Assembly (NCBI GenBank): GCA_001805965.1
Contig: MHHG01000032.1
Coordinates: 1 to 56,189 of the forward strand
Direction of reading: 5' to 3'
Length of the DNA stretch: 56,189 nt
Source of the DNA: Omnitrophica WOR_2 bacterium RIFOXYA2_FULL_38_17
GTDB lineage: Bacteria; Omnitrophota; Gorgyraeia; Zapsychrales; Zapsychraceae
Shown: piece by piece, positions 19,341 to 29,006 of the stretch
Layout: each line of letters opens with the position of its first letter
Numbering within the stretch: position 1 is the stretch's first letter
Position numbers and translations under genes: made by a program
Notes under the pieces: generated by a model
Told to the model about the DNA's origin: nothing
Database searches by the model: none
What the model saw: the letters and a program-made list of their open reading frames with translations, nothing else

Positions 19341-21377
19341 TTATTCTAAAACTTCTTCAGATTCTTGCATTAGTGTTACATTAGCGCCTTCTTCTAGAGC
19401 CTCATTTGGAACTTCTTCAATCACTTCATCTTCAGCGATCTCTTTTATGATTTCTTTTGCAGAAGACTTTCTTCTTTTAAAATAAAGAACACTTAATGGC
19501 GGCAAAGTTAATTTTATTGAGTGATCTTTTCCATGAGCAGAGACCTTCTCGGCTTCAACACCACCAAGGTTACCCATACCGCTTCCACCATATATTTTCG
19601 AATCACTATTCAATATTTCTTCCCAAAAGCCTTTTTGAGTGACTCCAACCCTATAATTCAGATGAGGTGCTGGTGTAAAATTGCATGAAACTAAAATATC
19701 CTCATCGCTAATACCACTTTTTCTAACAAAGTTCAATATGCTCTTCTCCCAATCACCCGCATCAATCCATTCGAATCCCTTAAAATCAAAATCATGCTTA
19801 AAGAAGGCCTTCTCTTTTTTATAAATATGATTCAAGTCTTTTACTAGTTTTTGAATGCCTTTGTGTGAATCATACTGCAGAAGATGCCAGTCTAAGCTTT
19901 TCTCATGATACCATTCATCCCTCTGTGCAAATTCTGCACCCATAAAAAGCAGTTTTTTGCCGGGATGGGCAAACATATATCCATAAAGCAGCCTTAAATT
20001 CGCAAATTTTTGCCAATCATCACAAGGCATTTTTGTAAGAAGAGAGCCCTTTCCGTGGACCACCTCATCATGCGATAAGGACAACAAGAAATTCTCTGTA
20101 TATGAATAAAGCATGCTGAAAGTAAGTTCGTTCTGGTGATATTTTCTATAAATAGGATCTTTTTTAAAATACTCTAAAGTATCATGCATCCATCCCATGT
20201 TCCATTTCATGCCAAAACCTAACCCGCCATCAGCAACCGGACGGGACACATTGCCCCAAGCTGTTGACTCTTCAGCTATAATCTGAATATCAGGATGAAA
20301 TTCATAAACAGCTTGATTCAATTTTTGGATAAACTCTATAGATTCTAGATTCTCCCTCCCACCGTATTTATTAGGAGCCCACTGCCCGTTTTCCCTGGAA
20401 TAATCCAAATAAAGCATAGAAGCAACAGCATCTACTCTCAGGCCATCTACATGATATTGCTCTAGCCAGAACATAGCGCTTGAAATAAGGAATTCCCTTA
20501 TCTCCCTTCTTCCATTGTTAAAAATATAACACTTCCAATCAGGATGATATCCTTTTTTAGGATCGCCGTGCTCATAAAGATGTGTACCATCAAAATAAGC
20601 TAATCCATGCTCATCTGTTGGAAAATGTGAAGGAACCCAATCAAGAATTACGCCAATATCATTTTGATGCATACAATCTATAAGATACATAAAATCCTGC
20701 GGGGTCCCATATCGATTTGATGGCGCATAATAGCCAACAGTTTGATATCCCCATGAACCGAAAAAAGGATGCTCCATTACAGGCATAATCTCAACGTGAG
20801 TAAAGCCCATTTCTTTGACATAATCAACAAGCTTGGTTGCAAGCTCCCTGTATGTCAGATATCTGTTGTTCTCTTCAAAGACCCTGCTCCAGGACCCAAG
20901 ATGTACTTCATAAATAGAATATGGAGCATTAAGAGCGTTGTTATTCTTTCTATTCCTCATCCATGCTGAATCATGCCATTGATAATCTAAATCCCATACA
21001 ATTGAAGCTGTTTTTGGGGGCTGTTCAGAATAAAAAGCATATGGATCTTTTTTATCTACTGAATAATTTTTATGATGTGAAATAATATGATATTTGTAAA
21101 CACTGCCTTTATTAACATTAGGAATAAAACCTTCCCAAATACCAGAACTATCCCACCTTGCCCCTAGTTTATTAGCACTTTTATTCCATCCGTTAAAATC
21201 TCCAATAACTGACACCTCTCGAGCATTTGGCGCCCAAACAGCAAAATAAACCCCTTCAACAGAATCCTTAGATGTTAAATGTGCACCTAACTTCTTGTAC
21301 AAATGATGATGAGTTCCTTCTTTAAAAAGGTATGAATCTTGTTCAGAAAATAAACTACCATTAAAATTATTTTTCAT
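19341..21377 (-). CDS. glgB: 1,4-alpha-glucan branching enzyme
   Basis: FAVWAPNA, YEVHLGSW, DWVPSHFP, RVDAVASM, AEEST, LSHDEVVHGK. Confidence 0.97.
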   Translation of the reverse strand: MKNNFNGSLFSEQDSYLFKEGTHHHLYKKLGAHLTSKDSVEGVYFAVWAPNAREVSVIGDFNGWNKSANKLGARWDSSGIWEGFIPNVNKGSVYKYHIISHHKNYSVDKKDPYAFYSEQPPKTASIVWDLDYQWHDSAWMRNRKNNNALNAPYSIYEVHLGSWSRVFEENNRYLTYRELATKLVDYVKEMGFTHVEIMPVMEHPFFGSWGYQTVGYYAPSNRYGTPQDFMYLIDCMHQNDIGVILDWVPSHFPTDEHGLAYFDGTHLYEHGDPKKGYHPDWKCYIFNNGRREIREFLISSAMFWLEQYHVDGLRVDAVASMLYLDYSRENGQWAPNKYGGRENLESIEFIQKLNQAVYEFHPDIQIIAEESTAWGNVSRPVADGGLGFGMKWNMGWMHDTLEYFKKDPIYRKYHQNELTFSMLYSYTENFLLSLSHDEVVHGKGSLLTKMPCDDWQKFANLRLLYGYMFAHPGKKLLFMGAEFAQRDEWYHEKSLDWHLLQYDSHKGIQKLVKDLNHIYKKEKAFFKHDFDFKGFEWIDAGDWEKSILNFVRKSGISDEDILVSCNFTPAPHLNYRVGVTQKGFWEEILNSDSKIYGGSGMGNLGGVEAEKVSAHGKDHSIKLTLPPLSVLYFKRRKSSAKEIIKEIAEDEVIEEVPNEALEEGANVTLMQESEEVLE

Positions 21378-21676
21378 TTTACACCTGCCATATTCATTAA
21401 AACTACTATTGTCTCTGTATTTTCCATGTTATCACTCAAAAAATGGTTGATCCTAATATATTCAATGTGTCAATACACATGTAAAAAGTTTTAATTTGAA
21501 TTAGATAATAAAATAAAAATTAAGATTAATATTACTATTATATACAATAAAAAATTTATTGAACAAAATTGTTATAAAGCTAAATGCTTAAAGACATTAT
21601 ATATATTAGAATTGAAAAATCAATGCTTATATATATTAGCGGGAACTTTTGATTTGGGATCAAAAAATAAAATGGA

Positions 21677-22858
21677 TTAATTAAATGCAGCAATTTCCTT
21701 ATGGATTTTATCAAGATCAATATTGGCATTTGGTCTTGCAAGATAATAGCCTTGAACAGCATCAATGCCAAGCTCCATAACCAGCTCAAGCTCTTCTTTT
21801 CTCTCAATGCCTTCTGCAATAGACAATATACCGTTTTCCTTACAAAATGCTATTATAAATTTAACAATACTAACTTTAATGTCATCTTTATCAATATATC
21901 TAATTATATGCTGATCAACTTTCACTATTTCCGGTTTTGTCTCAACTATAGACTCAATACTTGCATAACCTCCACCAACATCATCGACAGCAAATTTAAA
22001 ACCACCTTCTTTATAGCGTTTTAAATGTTCATAGAATAGTTTTGGATCTTTTATCGCTGACCGTTCTGTAATTTCCAAGACCACATTTTCTGCATTAACT
22101 TTATGCTCTTCAAAAAGGCTCTTTATTGTTAAAAATTTTGAACCCTCTACAAGATAAGGATTACAATTCAAAAACAGCTTTTCAAAATCAGTTAAATATT
22201 CTGATGCATATTCAATAGCTTTTTTCCAGGAAAGAATCTCAAGGTCTTGATAACAACCATATTGCAGCGCTGCTTTAAATAATATCTCCGGATTCACAAG
22301 AATTGTGTTAGTTTTTGGACGGCATAATGCTTCAAAACCTAAAAGGCTAAAAGGCTGCAATTTAAAGATAGGTTGAAAAAATGGAACCACTTTTCCTTCA
22401 TCAATTATCTTTCTAAGCTCTAAAACAATATTCTCATCACCATTTTCATCTTCCATTCCATTTTTAAAAAGCTTCCCTCTTCTCATAACTGCTTCCATAC
22501 GCGCAACTAATTCTTCAAACTCAAAAGGTTTTCTAATATAGTCATCAGCTCCTAAATATAATGCTTGTATAATATCCGAGGAATTGTATTTGGTGCTTAA
22601 AATAACAACGGGAATATGTCCTACTTCCTCACTTTTCTTAATCTGGGAACATAGCTCAAAGCCATCTCTATCATTCAAAATAAGATCAAGAAGGATCAAA
22701 TCCGTATGAGTTGTTATATTCTCTAATGCATTTTCTTCTGAATCAGCTACTGTCACTTCATATCCTCTCGTTACTAAAAGCATCGAAAGCATAGTTGTAA
22801 TAGATTTATCATTATCAATAATAAGGATCTTCTTTTTATTGTTTGAATTATTAGACAT
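21677..22858 (-). CDS. Response regulator with EAL c-di-GMP phosphodiesterase domain (REC-EAL)
   Basis: Receiver motifs (LLDLIL, GADDYIRKPF) plus EAL motifs FQPI, FEALCR, LFLN, LEITE, DDVGGGY, VKVD, AEGIE, VQGY. Confidence 0.92.
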   Translation of the reverse strand: MSNNSNNKKKILIIDNDKSITTMLSMLLVTRGYEVTVADSEENALENITTHTDLILLDLILNDRDGFELCSQIKKSEEVGHIPVVILSTKYNSSDIIQALYLGADDYIRKPFEFEELVARMEAVMRRGKLFKNGMEDENGDENIVLELRKIIDEGKVVPFFQPIFKLQPFSLLGFEALCRPKTNTILVNPEILFKAALQYGCYQDLEILSWKKAIEYASEYLTDFEKLFLNCNPYLVEGSKFLTIKSLFEEHKVNAENVVLEITERSAIKDPKLFYEHLKRYKEGGFKFAVDDVGGGYASIESIVETKPEIVKVDQHIIRYIDKDDIKVSIVKFIIAFCKENGILSIAEGIERKEELELVMELGIDAVQGYYLARPNANIDLDKIHKEIAAFN

Positions 22859-23109
22859 TATTTAATTTTTCTTTTTTTAATTTATTATCTAAATCTTTAT
22901 TTTACAAACACATAGAATATCTTCTTTAATAAACCCTTACTAAGTATATGTTATTTATTCAAAGATTGCGATAAATTAACACAAAATAAAACAATTGCAA
23001 GATTAATATTTTTATCGTAAACCATTTGATCACAATTATTTAAACACTATTAAACATCCTAAAGGTATCGTTTTCTTTTTCAGGCAAGACTATGTCAAAA
23101 TTGAAGATT

Positions 23110-23658
23110 TTAACTCTGTTTAAATATCCTTTGGTATTCACAAAAACAATAAGTATTGCCTGCTTCATTAATTGTTTCGGACTTGCTCTTTAAGGCAAAA
23201 TTTCCCTGGAATTCAGGGAAAAACACATCACAATCAAAGATCTTATTAATATGTGTAACAAAAAGATTATTACATGAAGCATCGTTAATAGCTGCATTAA
23301 AAACCTGTTGGCCACCAATAACAAAAATCTTATCTAACTTTTCTGAATACTGTTCTTCAATTGCTTTTAAAGCATCCTTTAAACCGCTGGAAACAATTAC
23401 CCCTTCTTCAAACTGCAAACTCTTATTCCTTGTCAAAACTACATTTATCCGGTTCTTAAGCGGACGAAAAACCTCCGGGATAGAATCCCAGGTTTTTCTG
23501 CCCATTATTACAGCATTCATTTTTCCTTCTTCAGAAACCAGCGTTGTAATATTTTTAAAATGCTTCATGTCGCCTGGAATATTCCATGGCAGAACACCGC
23601 CTTTTCCTATTCCATTTTCTTGATCAATTGCAACAATTATACTTAATGATCTTTTCAT
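23110..23658 (-). CDS. folA: Dihydrofolate reductase
   Basis: GIGKGGVLPW, DMKHFK, VIMGRKTWDSIP, RPLKNRINVVL, VIGG, CDVFFP. Confidence 0.97.
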   Translation of the reverse strand: MKRSLSIIVAIDQENGIGKGGVLPWNIPGDMKHFKNITTLVSEEGKMNAVIMGRKTWDSIPEVFRPLKNRINVVLTRNKSLQFEEGVIVSSGLKDALKAIEEQYSEKLDKIFVIGGQQVFNAAINDASCNNLFVTHINKIFDCDVFFPEFQGNFALKSKSETINEAGNTYCFCEYQRIFKQS

Positions 23659-23676
23659 AATATTTTTTGAGATCGT

Positions 23677-24492
23677 TTATACCGCAATCGGGAATTTAAT
23701 AAAAGGATCATGGTTATAGTCTTCTATCCAGATATCTTCAAACTTCATATCCATCAAAGGTTTTTTATTCATTTTCAGCTTAGGCAAAGCCTTAGGCTGA
23801 CGTTCAAGCTGAACCTTCAACCCTTCAAGGTGATTACTATAAACATGCGCATCTCCGAGAGTGTGGACAAAAACACCCGGAATCAAATTACACTCATTTG
23901 CAATCATGCTGGTCAAAAGAGCATAACTTGCAATATTAAACGGAACGCCCAAAGCGACATCTGCTGATCTTTGATATAACTGACAATCAAGCCTGCCGTT
24001 AATTACATAGAACTGAAAGAAGGCATGGCACGGCGGCAAAGCCATTTTTTCTATGTCAGCAACATTCCATGCGCTAACAATAATACGGCGAGAATCAGGA
24101 TTTCTCTTTATTGTCTCAATTGCATTCATTATCTGATCTATATGTTCTTTTTTATAAGATTTTGAATCATCATTAAATGTGAATTTTTCCCAATTGCGCC
24201 ATTGATATCCGTATATAGGTCCCAGCTCACCATTTTTATCAGCCCAGGCATTCCAAATCGGAGTATGTTGAGCCAAATCGTCATTAATATTAGTGGCGCC
24301 TTTTAAAAACCATAACAATTCATAAACAACCGCAGAAAACAAAACCTTTTTCGTCGTTAAAAGCGGGAATCCTTCTCTGAGATCAAATTTCATTTGATAT
24401 CCAAAAACAGAAACAGTTCCCGTGCCTGTCCTGTCGCTCTTTTCTTCGCCGTTGTTTAAAATATATTTAACAAGATCCAAATATTGCTTCAT
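23677..24492 (-). CDS. thyA: Thymidylate synthase
   Basis: [43 protein letters not shown]. Confidence 0.98.
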   Translation of the reverse strand: MKQYLDLVKYILNNGEEKSDRTGTGTVSVFGYQMKFDLREGFPLLTTKKVLFSAVVYELLWFLKGATNINDDLAQHTPIWNAWADKNGELGPIYGYQWRNWEKFTFNDDSKSYKKEHIDQIMNAIETIKRNPDSRRIIVSAWNVADIEKMALPPCHAFFQFYVINGRLDCQLYQRSADVALGVPFNIASYALLTSMIANECNLIPGVFVHTLGDAHVYSNHLEGLKVQLERQPKALPKLKMNKKPLMDMKFEDIWIEDYNHDPFIKFPIAV

Positions 24493-24566
24493 AAAATCCC
24501 TTCTTTCCTTAGTTCATCTTTTAAAAATGAACTCTTGAATAAGTATTGTATCAAAGAATTTTACAA

Positions 24567-25610
24567 TTATTGAAATTTTTTATAATGTTTGCTCACTTTT
24601 TTCTCAATAAGCCCATCATTATTATTTAAAACAATAAAAGCTGCAAACTTATTATCATATCCATCAATTATTTTAAACCCCTCTTCTTCTCCCAAAACAC
24701 ATAATGCTGTGGAAAATGCATCTGCCTCCTGAGCCGTCGGGGCAATAACCGTAGCGCTTATCACACTTTTTTGGGGCATAAGGTTTCTCGGGTCAAAAAT
24801 ATGCGAATACTTGCTTTCTCCGATCTGATAATATCTTTCATAATTGCCTGAAGTAGTAACTGCCGAATCAGACACCGAAACAACATCTATTATGTCAGAC
24901 CTATTCAAAGGATCCCTTATGCCTATTCGCCAAGGCTTACCCTCGCAATTAAATCCTGATGCATAAACATCACCTCCAGCATCAATCAAGAAACTGTCAA
25001 ATCCATGTTGCTTAAAGATCTTTACAACTTCATCGACAGCATATCCTTTTGCTATGCCGCCTAAATCTAGTCTTGTAAATTTGTTTTTAAGGATAACTTT
25101 TCCACCTTTGATCAACCCAATATTTCTGATATCAATTGCGCTTCTTATTTTCAAATAATCCTGTTCGCTTGGGATCTTGTTATTTTTCTTTGCTTCTTTC
25201 CACATCCTTATTAAAGGGCCAACACAAATATTAAATGCACCGTTTGTTTTTTCATAATAATTAACAGATGCTTCTATCAAACGATAAGAATCGCTACTGA
25301 CAAATATAGGGTCGGGGAAGGAATCATTTATTTTTGACAACTCACTTTTTTGATCATATGCATTCAGCTTACTTTCAAGATCATAAAATTTTTTCCAGGC
25401 TTCATCAAAAGCATTTTTCATCTGCTGCATGCTATGGCCATCATCACAAAGATCGAACTTAACAATCGTATCCATCAAGATCTTAGATTCGCTCATTGGT
25501 GTTCCTTTTTTAAAAACACCGTTTTGATCTTTAATCAGCAATATTAATCCCACTAATAACGATACTTTTAAAACAAACTTAAAAGTTTTGTTCTTTAGCA
25601 TCATAGTCAT
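24567..25610 (-). CDS. apbE: FAD:protein FMN transferase
   Basis: DLGGIAKGYAVD, DAGGD, WRIGIRDP, TSGNYERY, HIFDPR, ADAFSTA. Confidence 0.93.
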   Translation of the reverse strand: MTMMLKNKTFKFVLKVSLLVGLILLIKDQNGVFKKGTPMSESKILMDTIVKFDLCDDGHSMQQMKNAFDEAWKKFYDLESKLNAYDQKSELSKINDSFPDPIFVSSDSYRLIEASVNYYEKTNGAFNICVGPLIRMWKEAKKNNKIPSEQDYLKIRSAIDIRNIGLIKGGKVILKNKFTRLDLGGIAKGYAVDEVVKIFKQHGFDSFLIDAGGDVYASGFNCEGKPWRIGIRDPLNRSDIIDVVSVSDSAVTTSGNYERYYQIGESKYSHIFDPRNLMPQKSVISATVIAPTAQEADAFSTALCVLGEEEGFKIIDGYDNKFAAFIVLNNNDGLIEKKVSKHYKKFQ

Positions 25611-26035
25611 ATGTACTTTTCTATATTTTTAAAATCTATGCGTTTTCTTGTCTCTTTTTTTTCAGATTGTCGATGTTTGTCCTGCAAGATCTCTTCTTGT
25701 TTTGCCTTAAGACGCTTCCTGTTCTGTCTTTTTAATCTTTCTTTTTCATTTACTAGCTGCTGCTTTTGATCGTGCATCTTTTTTTCAATCTTTTCAACAA
25801 GCAATTTCTTGGCCTTTTCCCTGTTGGAATTCTGAGTCCTTGCAATCTGGCACTTTACCCTTATGCCCGTAGGAACATGAACTAACTCAACACACGTAGC
25901 AACTTTATTTACATTTTGGCCGCCTGGTCCGGAAGACTTAATAAAAGTCTCCTTAATATCCTTTTTATAGATCTTTAGCCTACTCATCTTTTTACTAAGG
26001 TCTTTTTCTCTTTCTTCAATAGTACTAATGCCCAT
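25607..26035 (-). CDS. Peptide chain release factor-like protein (ArfB-type ribosome rescue)
   Basis: SSGPGGQNVNK, HVPTGIRVKCQ..R.Q..N, basic C-terminal tail. Confidence 0.88.
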   Translation of the reverse strand: MGISTIEEREKDLSKKMSRLKIYKKDIKETFIKSSGPGGQNVNKVATCVELVHVPTGIRVKCQIARTQNSNREKAKKLLVEKIEKKMHDQKQQLVNEKERLKRQNRKRLKAKQEEILQDKHRQSEKKETRKRIDFKNIEKYI

Positions 26036-26047
26036 ATTATCCTCCTT

Positions 26048-26917
26048 CTATAATCTTTGATATAAAAACGCGCACCATGCTTGATCTTTTTCAATCTTCA
26101 AGCACCGCAAAGGTAGTTTTTTTTGAAATTCATTTTTAAATTTTTTTGACTTTTCAATTGAAATGCCAGATACAGCTAGAAACTTTCCAGGCTTTACAAA
26201 TGACAGTATTTTCTTTCTATTATCGATAAGGTCATCTGTTGTCAAGTTTACGCTAACAAAATCATATTGCATCCTGGCCGCTGTTTTTGTTATGTCAGCA
26301 ACTGATAATTTGACTAATTTTGTTTTGTTCCTAATAAGATTCTTTTGCGCTGTTTTTACAGCATCTTCGTCATAATCAAAAGCCTCTACTATTTTTGCTG
26401 AACATCGCTCAGCAATAATAGCCAAAATAGCTGTTCCTGTCCCTATATCAACAAAACTCTCAAACCTACCAGCACACCTCTCTATCAAATTTGCCATAAA
26501 CCGAGTCGTTGAATGCAGCCCTGTGCCAAATGCCATGTCAGTATCTAAATATATTTTGCTGTAAGTAAATTTATCATCTTGCTTTTTTAGCCATGCCGGT
26601 ATTACTTTAAAAGTCTTTGTTAGCTTAAACGGCTTAAAATCAGTTTTCCACTTGGTCAACCAATCTTCTTTTTTTAAAACCTTGCACTTAGTCCTAACCT
26701 TTTTTATTTTAAGATCTCTTATACGTTTAACAGCACTAAGTGCGCCATTCTTATCCTGAAGAAAAAACGACAAAATATTCTCTGTTTTATTCTCAAGCTC
26801 AACAATATCTTCATCCCGCACACCGATAGAACAGATAATTCCTCTCAGGATATCTACTGCCGCTATATTATCCCTAGAAAAACTGACTGAGATTTCATAT
26901 GTGAGATTGCTTGACAT
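26048..26917 (-). CDS. prmA: Ribosomal protein L11 methyltransferase
   Basis: EDWLTKWK, MAFGTGLHSTT, DIGTGTAILAI. Confidence 0.9.
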   Translation of the reverse strand: MSSNLTYEISVSFSRDNIAAVDILRGIICSIGVRDEDIVELENKTENILSFFLQDKNGALSAVKRIRDLKIKKVRTKCKVLKKEDWLTKWKTDFKPFKLTKTFKVIPAWLKKQDDKFTYSKIYLDTDMAFGTGLHSTTRFMANLIERCAGRFESFVDIGTGTAILAIIAERCSAKIVEAFDYDEDAVKTAQKNLIRNKTKLVKLSVADITKTAARMQYDFVSVNLTTDDLIDNRKKILSFVKPGKFLAVSGISIEKSKKFKNEFQKKLPLRCLKIEKDQAWCAFLYQRL

Positions 26918-26941
26918 TTATATGATGTTTATGAATAAAAA

Positions 26942-26989
26942 CAAGAGCACTGATCTCTTGGGAATAGCTTCCTGGGACCAATGCTCTTG
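26942..26989 (-). terminator. Long hairpin / probable terminator after hflC
   Basis: CAAGAGCAUUGGUC/GAUCAGUGCUCUUG 14-bp stem followed by a U-run on the minus strand. Confidence 0.6.
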
Positions 26990-26999
26990 CATTCTTTAT

Positions 27000-27962
27000 T
27001 TATTCTACTGATTTAATACCCTCCAACTGTTCATAGAACTCATTTTCAGTTGAAAGCATTAATTTAGTCTCTTTATTTATTGCTTTTTTGTAGCTCTCTA
27101 ATGACATTGTAAAAGCATAAAACTCTGGATCATTATTATATGCATCGGCGTATATCTTTATTGCCTCAGCATCAGCCTTACCTTTGATCTCTTGAGATTT
27201 TCTATATGCTTCAGATTGTATTTCTTTTAATTCTCTTTGTATCAGCCCTTCTATTTCTGCCTTTTTTCCCTGGCCTTCAGACCTGAATTGCTCGGCAGCT
27301 CTTCTTCTTTCTGATATCATTCTTTCATAAACCTTATTTTGGACCTCACTAACATAATTAAGACGTTTGATCCTAACATCAACAAGTTCAATACCATAAA
27401 CACTTACAGCAGAAGCAGCTCTTTTTAATATCTTTTGACTTAGCTCTTCTCTACCGAACTCTATTGTCTCAAGAACAGTTTTACCGAAATCCATATCATC
27501 GCCTTTATCCAATTGCTGTTTCTGGTCATCTGCGAGACGGTTAGTATTTCTTATTAATTCAACCAAAACATGGCTTGAGATTATATCACGCGTTGATGCA
27601 TCAATGACATCATCTAACCTGCTATGTGCACTTTGCTCGGTCCTAACTGACTGCATGAATTTCAGAGCATCTACTATCTTCCACCTTGCAGTGGTATCAA
27701 CCCAGATAAATCTCTTTTCCATTGTAGGTATTTGATTTGCATCTCCATCCCATTGAAGCAATCTCTTCTCAAAATAATTAGCAGTTTGTATAAATGGTAA
27801 TTTAAAATATAAACCTGCTTTGCTTATAGGATGCCCTATCAACTGCCCAAACTGAGTAACAACAATTTGCTGGGTCTCATCAATAGTATAGACAGCACCA
27901 CTGGCCACTAAAATAAAACCTACAATAAAAACTATTATGAATGCATTAATTTGTTTTTTCAT
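27000..27962 (-). CDS. hflC: FtsH protease modulator HflC
   Basis: SPFH domain, GIELVDVRIKR, RMISERRR..FRSEG, DPEFYAF..SLESY. Confidence 0.95.
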   Translation of the reverse strand: MKKQINAFIIVFIVGFILVASGAVYTIDETQQIVVTQFGQLIGHPISKAGLYFKLPFIQTANYFEKRLLQWDGDANQIPTMEKRFIWVDTTARWKIVDALKFMQSVRTEQSAHSRLDDVIDASTRDIISSHVLVELIRNTNRLADDQKQQLDKGDDMDFGKTVLETIEFGREELSQKILKRAASAVSVYGIELVDVRIKRLNYVSEVQNKVYERMISERRRAAEQFRSEGQGKKAEIEGLIQRELKEIQSEAYRKSQEIKGKADAEAIKIYADAYNNDPEFYAFTMSLESYKKAINKETKLMLSTENEFYEQLEGIKSVE

Positions 27963-27963
27963 T

Positions 27964-28968
27964 TTATTCTGCTCCTTTATTTAATTTCAACAAAGGCAAA
28001 ACATTGCTTGCTCCTGGCTCAAAGATATAGATCTCTCCTGCTTTTGGCAGCACTTCCTCCATAGCTTCTAAATACATTCTTTTTCTTGTTACATCCTTAG
28101 CATTTTTATATGCATTCCATATTTCCAAGAACTTTACTGCATCACCTTGTGCTTTTTTCACTCTTTCAAGCGCATAGCCTTCTGCTTCCCTAATAGTTTT
28201 TTCTGCCTGGCCTTTAGCCTGCGGAATAACCTTATTGTATGCTTCCCATGACTGGTTTATAACTTTTTCTCTCTCTTGCTCTGCCTCATTGACCTCATTA
28301 AATGAAGCGGTAACTACCTTTGGCGGCAACACTTCCTGCAACTCTAGTTTATTAACATGAATCCCGCTCCCATAAAGATCCAACGCAGCTTGAAGCTTTT
28401 GTTGTACTTCAAGGTTGATCTCATTCTTCATCGTCGTCAATGCTTCTGAAACAGAATGATCTCCGATAACCTGCCTCATAACAGATTCGGACAAATCCCT
28501 AACTGTTTCTAACGGCCCTCGAACATTGAATAAAAGAGCAACTGGGTCTTTTATTGTGAACTGGACTATCCATGAAACATCCAGAACGTTAAGGTCTCCT
28601 GTAAGCATTAAAGACTCTTCGTCAAATGACTTTTTAGAATACTTTGTATTTATGCCTGCTTCCATAGTCCGAAAACCAAACTCCTCCTTAAAAACCCTTT
28701 TATCCTTAACTTTATCCAACTTTTCAATATTAAAAGGTAGTTTCCAGTTAAGGCCTGGCTGAGCCGTCCTATTATATTTTCCAAATCTTCTTATTACGCC
28801 AACCTCATCCTGCTCAACAGAATAAAAACTCGTTGCCACAAAGAACAAAGCGATCATTACAACCATTATGATCGGGATTTTTTTATTCATGTCATTATGC
28901 ATATTATTGAATTTTTGACTACCTTGCCTGAACAATTCTTCAGGCGTATCAGGAATATTAAAGCCCAT
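27964..28968 (-). CDS. hflK: FtsH protease modulator HflK
   Basis: PGLNWKLP, MLTGDLN, IPQAKGQA, VTRKRMYLEAM; directly upstream of hflC. Confidence 0.95.
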   Translation of the reverse strand: MGFNIPDTPEELFRQGSQKFNNMHNDMNKKIPIIMVVMIALFFVATSFYSVEQDEVGVIRRFGKYNRTAQPGLNWKLPFNIEKLDKVKDKRVFKEEFGFRTMEAGINTKYSKKSFDEESLMLTGDLNVLDVSWIVQFTIKDPVALLFNVRGPLETVRDLSESVMRQVIGDHSVSEALTTMKNEINLEVQQKLQAALDLYGSGIHVNKLELQEVLPPKVVTASFNEVNEAEQEREKVINQSWEAYNKVIPQAKGQAEKTIREAEGYALERVKKAQGDAVKFLEIWNAYKNAKDVTRKRMYLEAMEEVLPKAGEIYIFEPGASNVLPLLKLNKGAE

Positions 28969-29006
28969 TATAAATTTCTCCTCTCTCCTTTAACATTAAA
29001 CAATTA

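Noticed and set aside
21648-21666. TTGAT-ttggg-ATCAA, an FNR-like palindrome
   Set aside because: The spacer is 5 rather than 4 nt and it sits right after a stop codon; more likely a weak hairpin.
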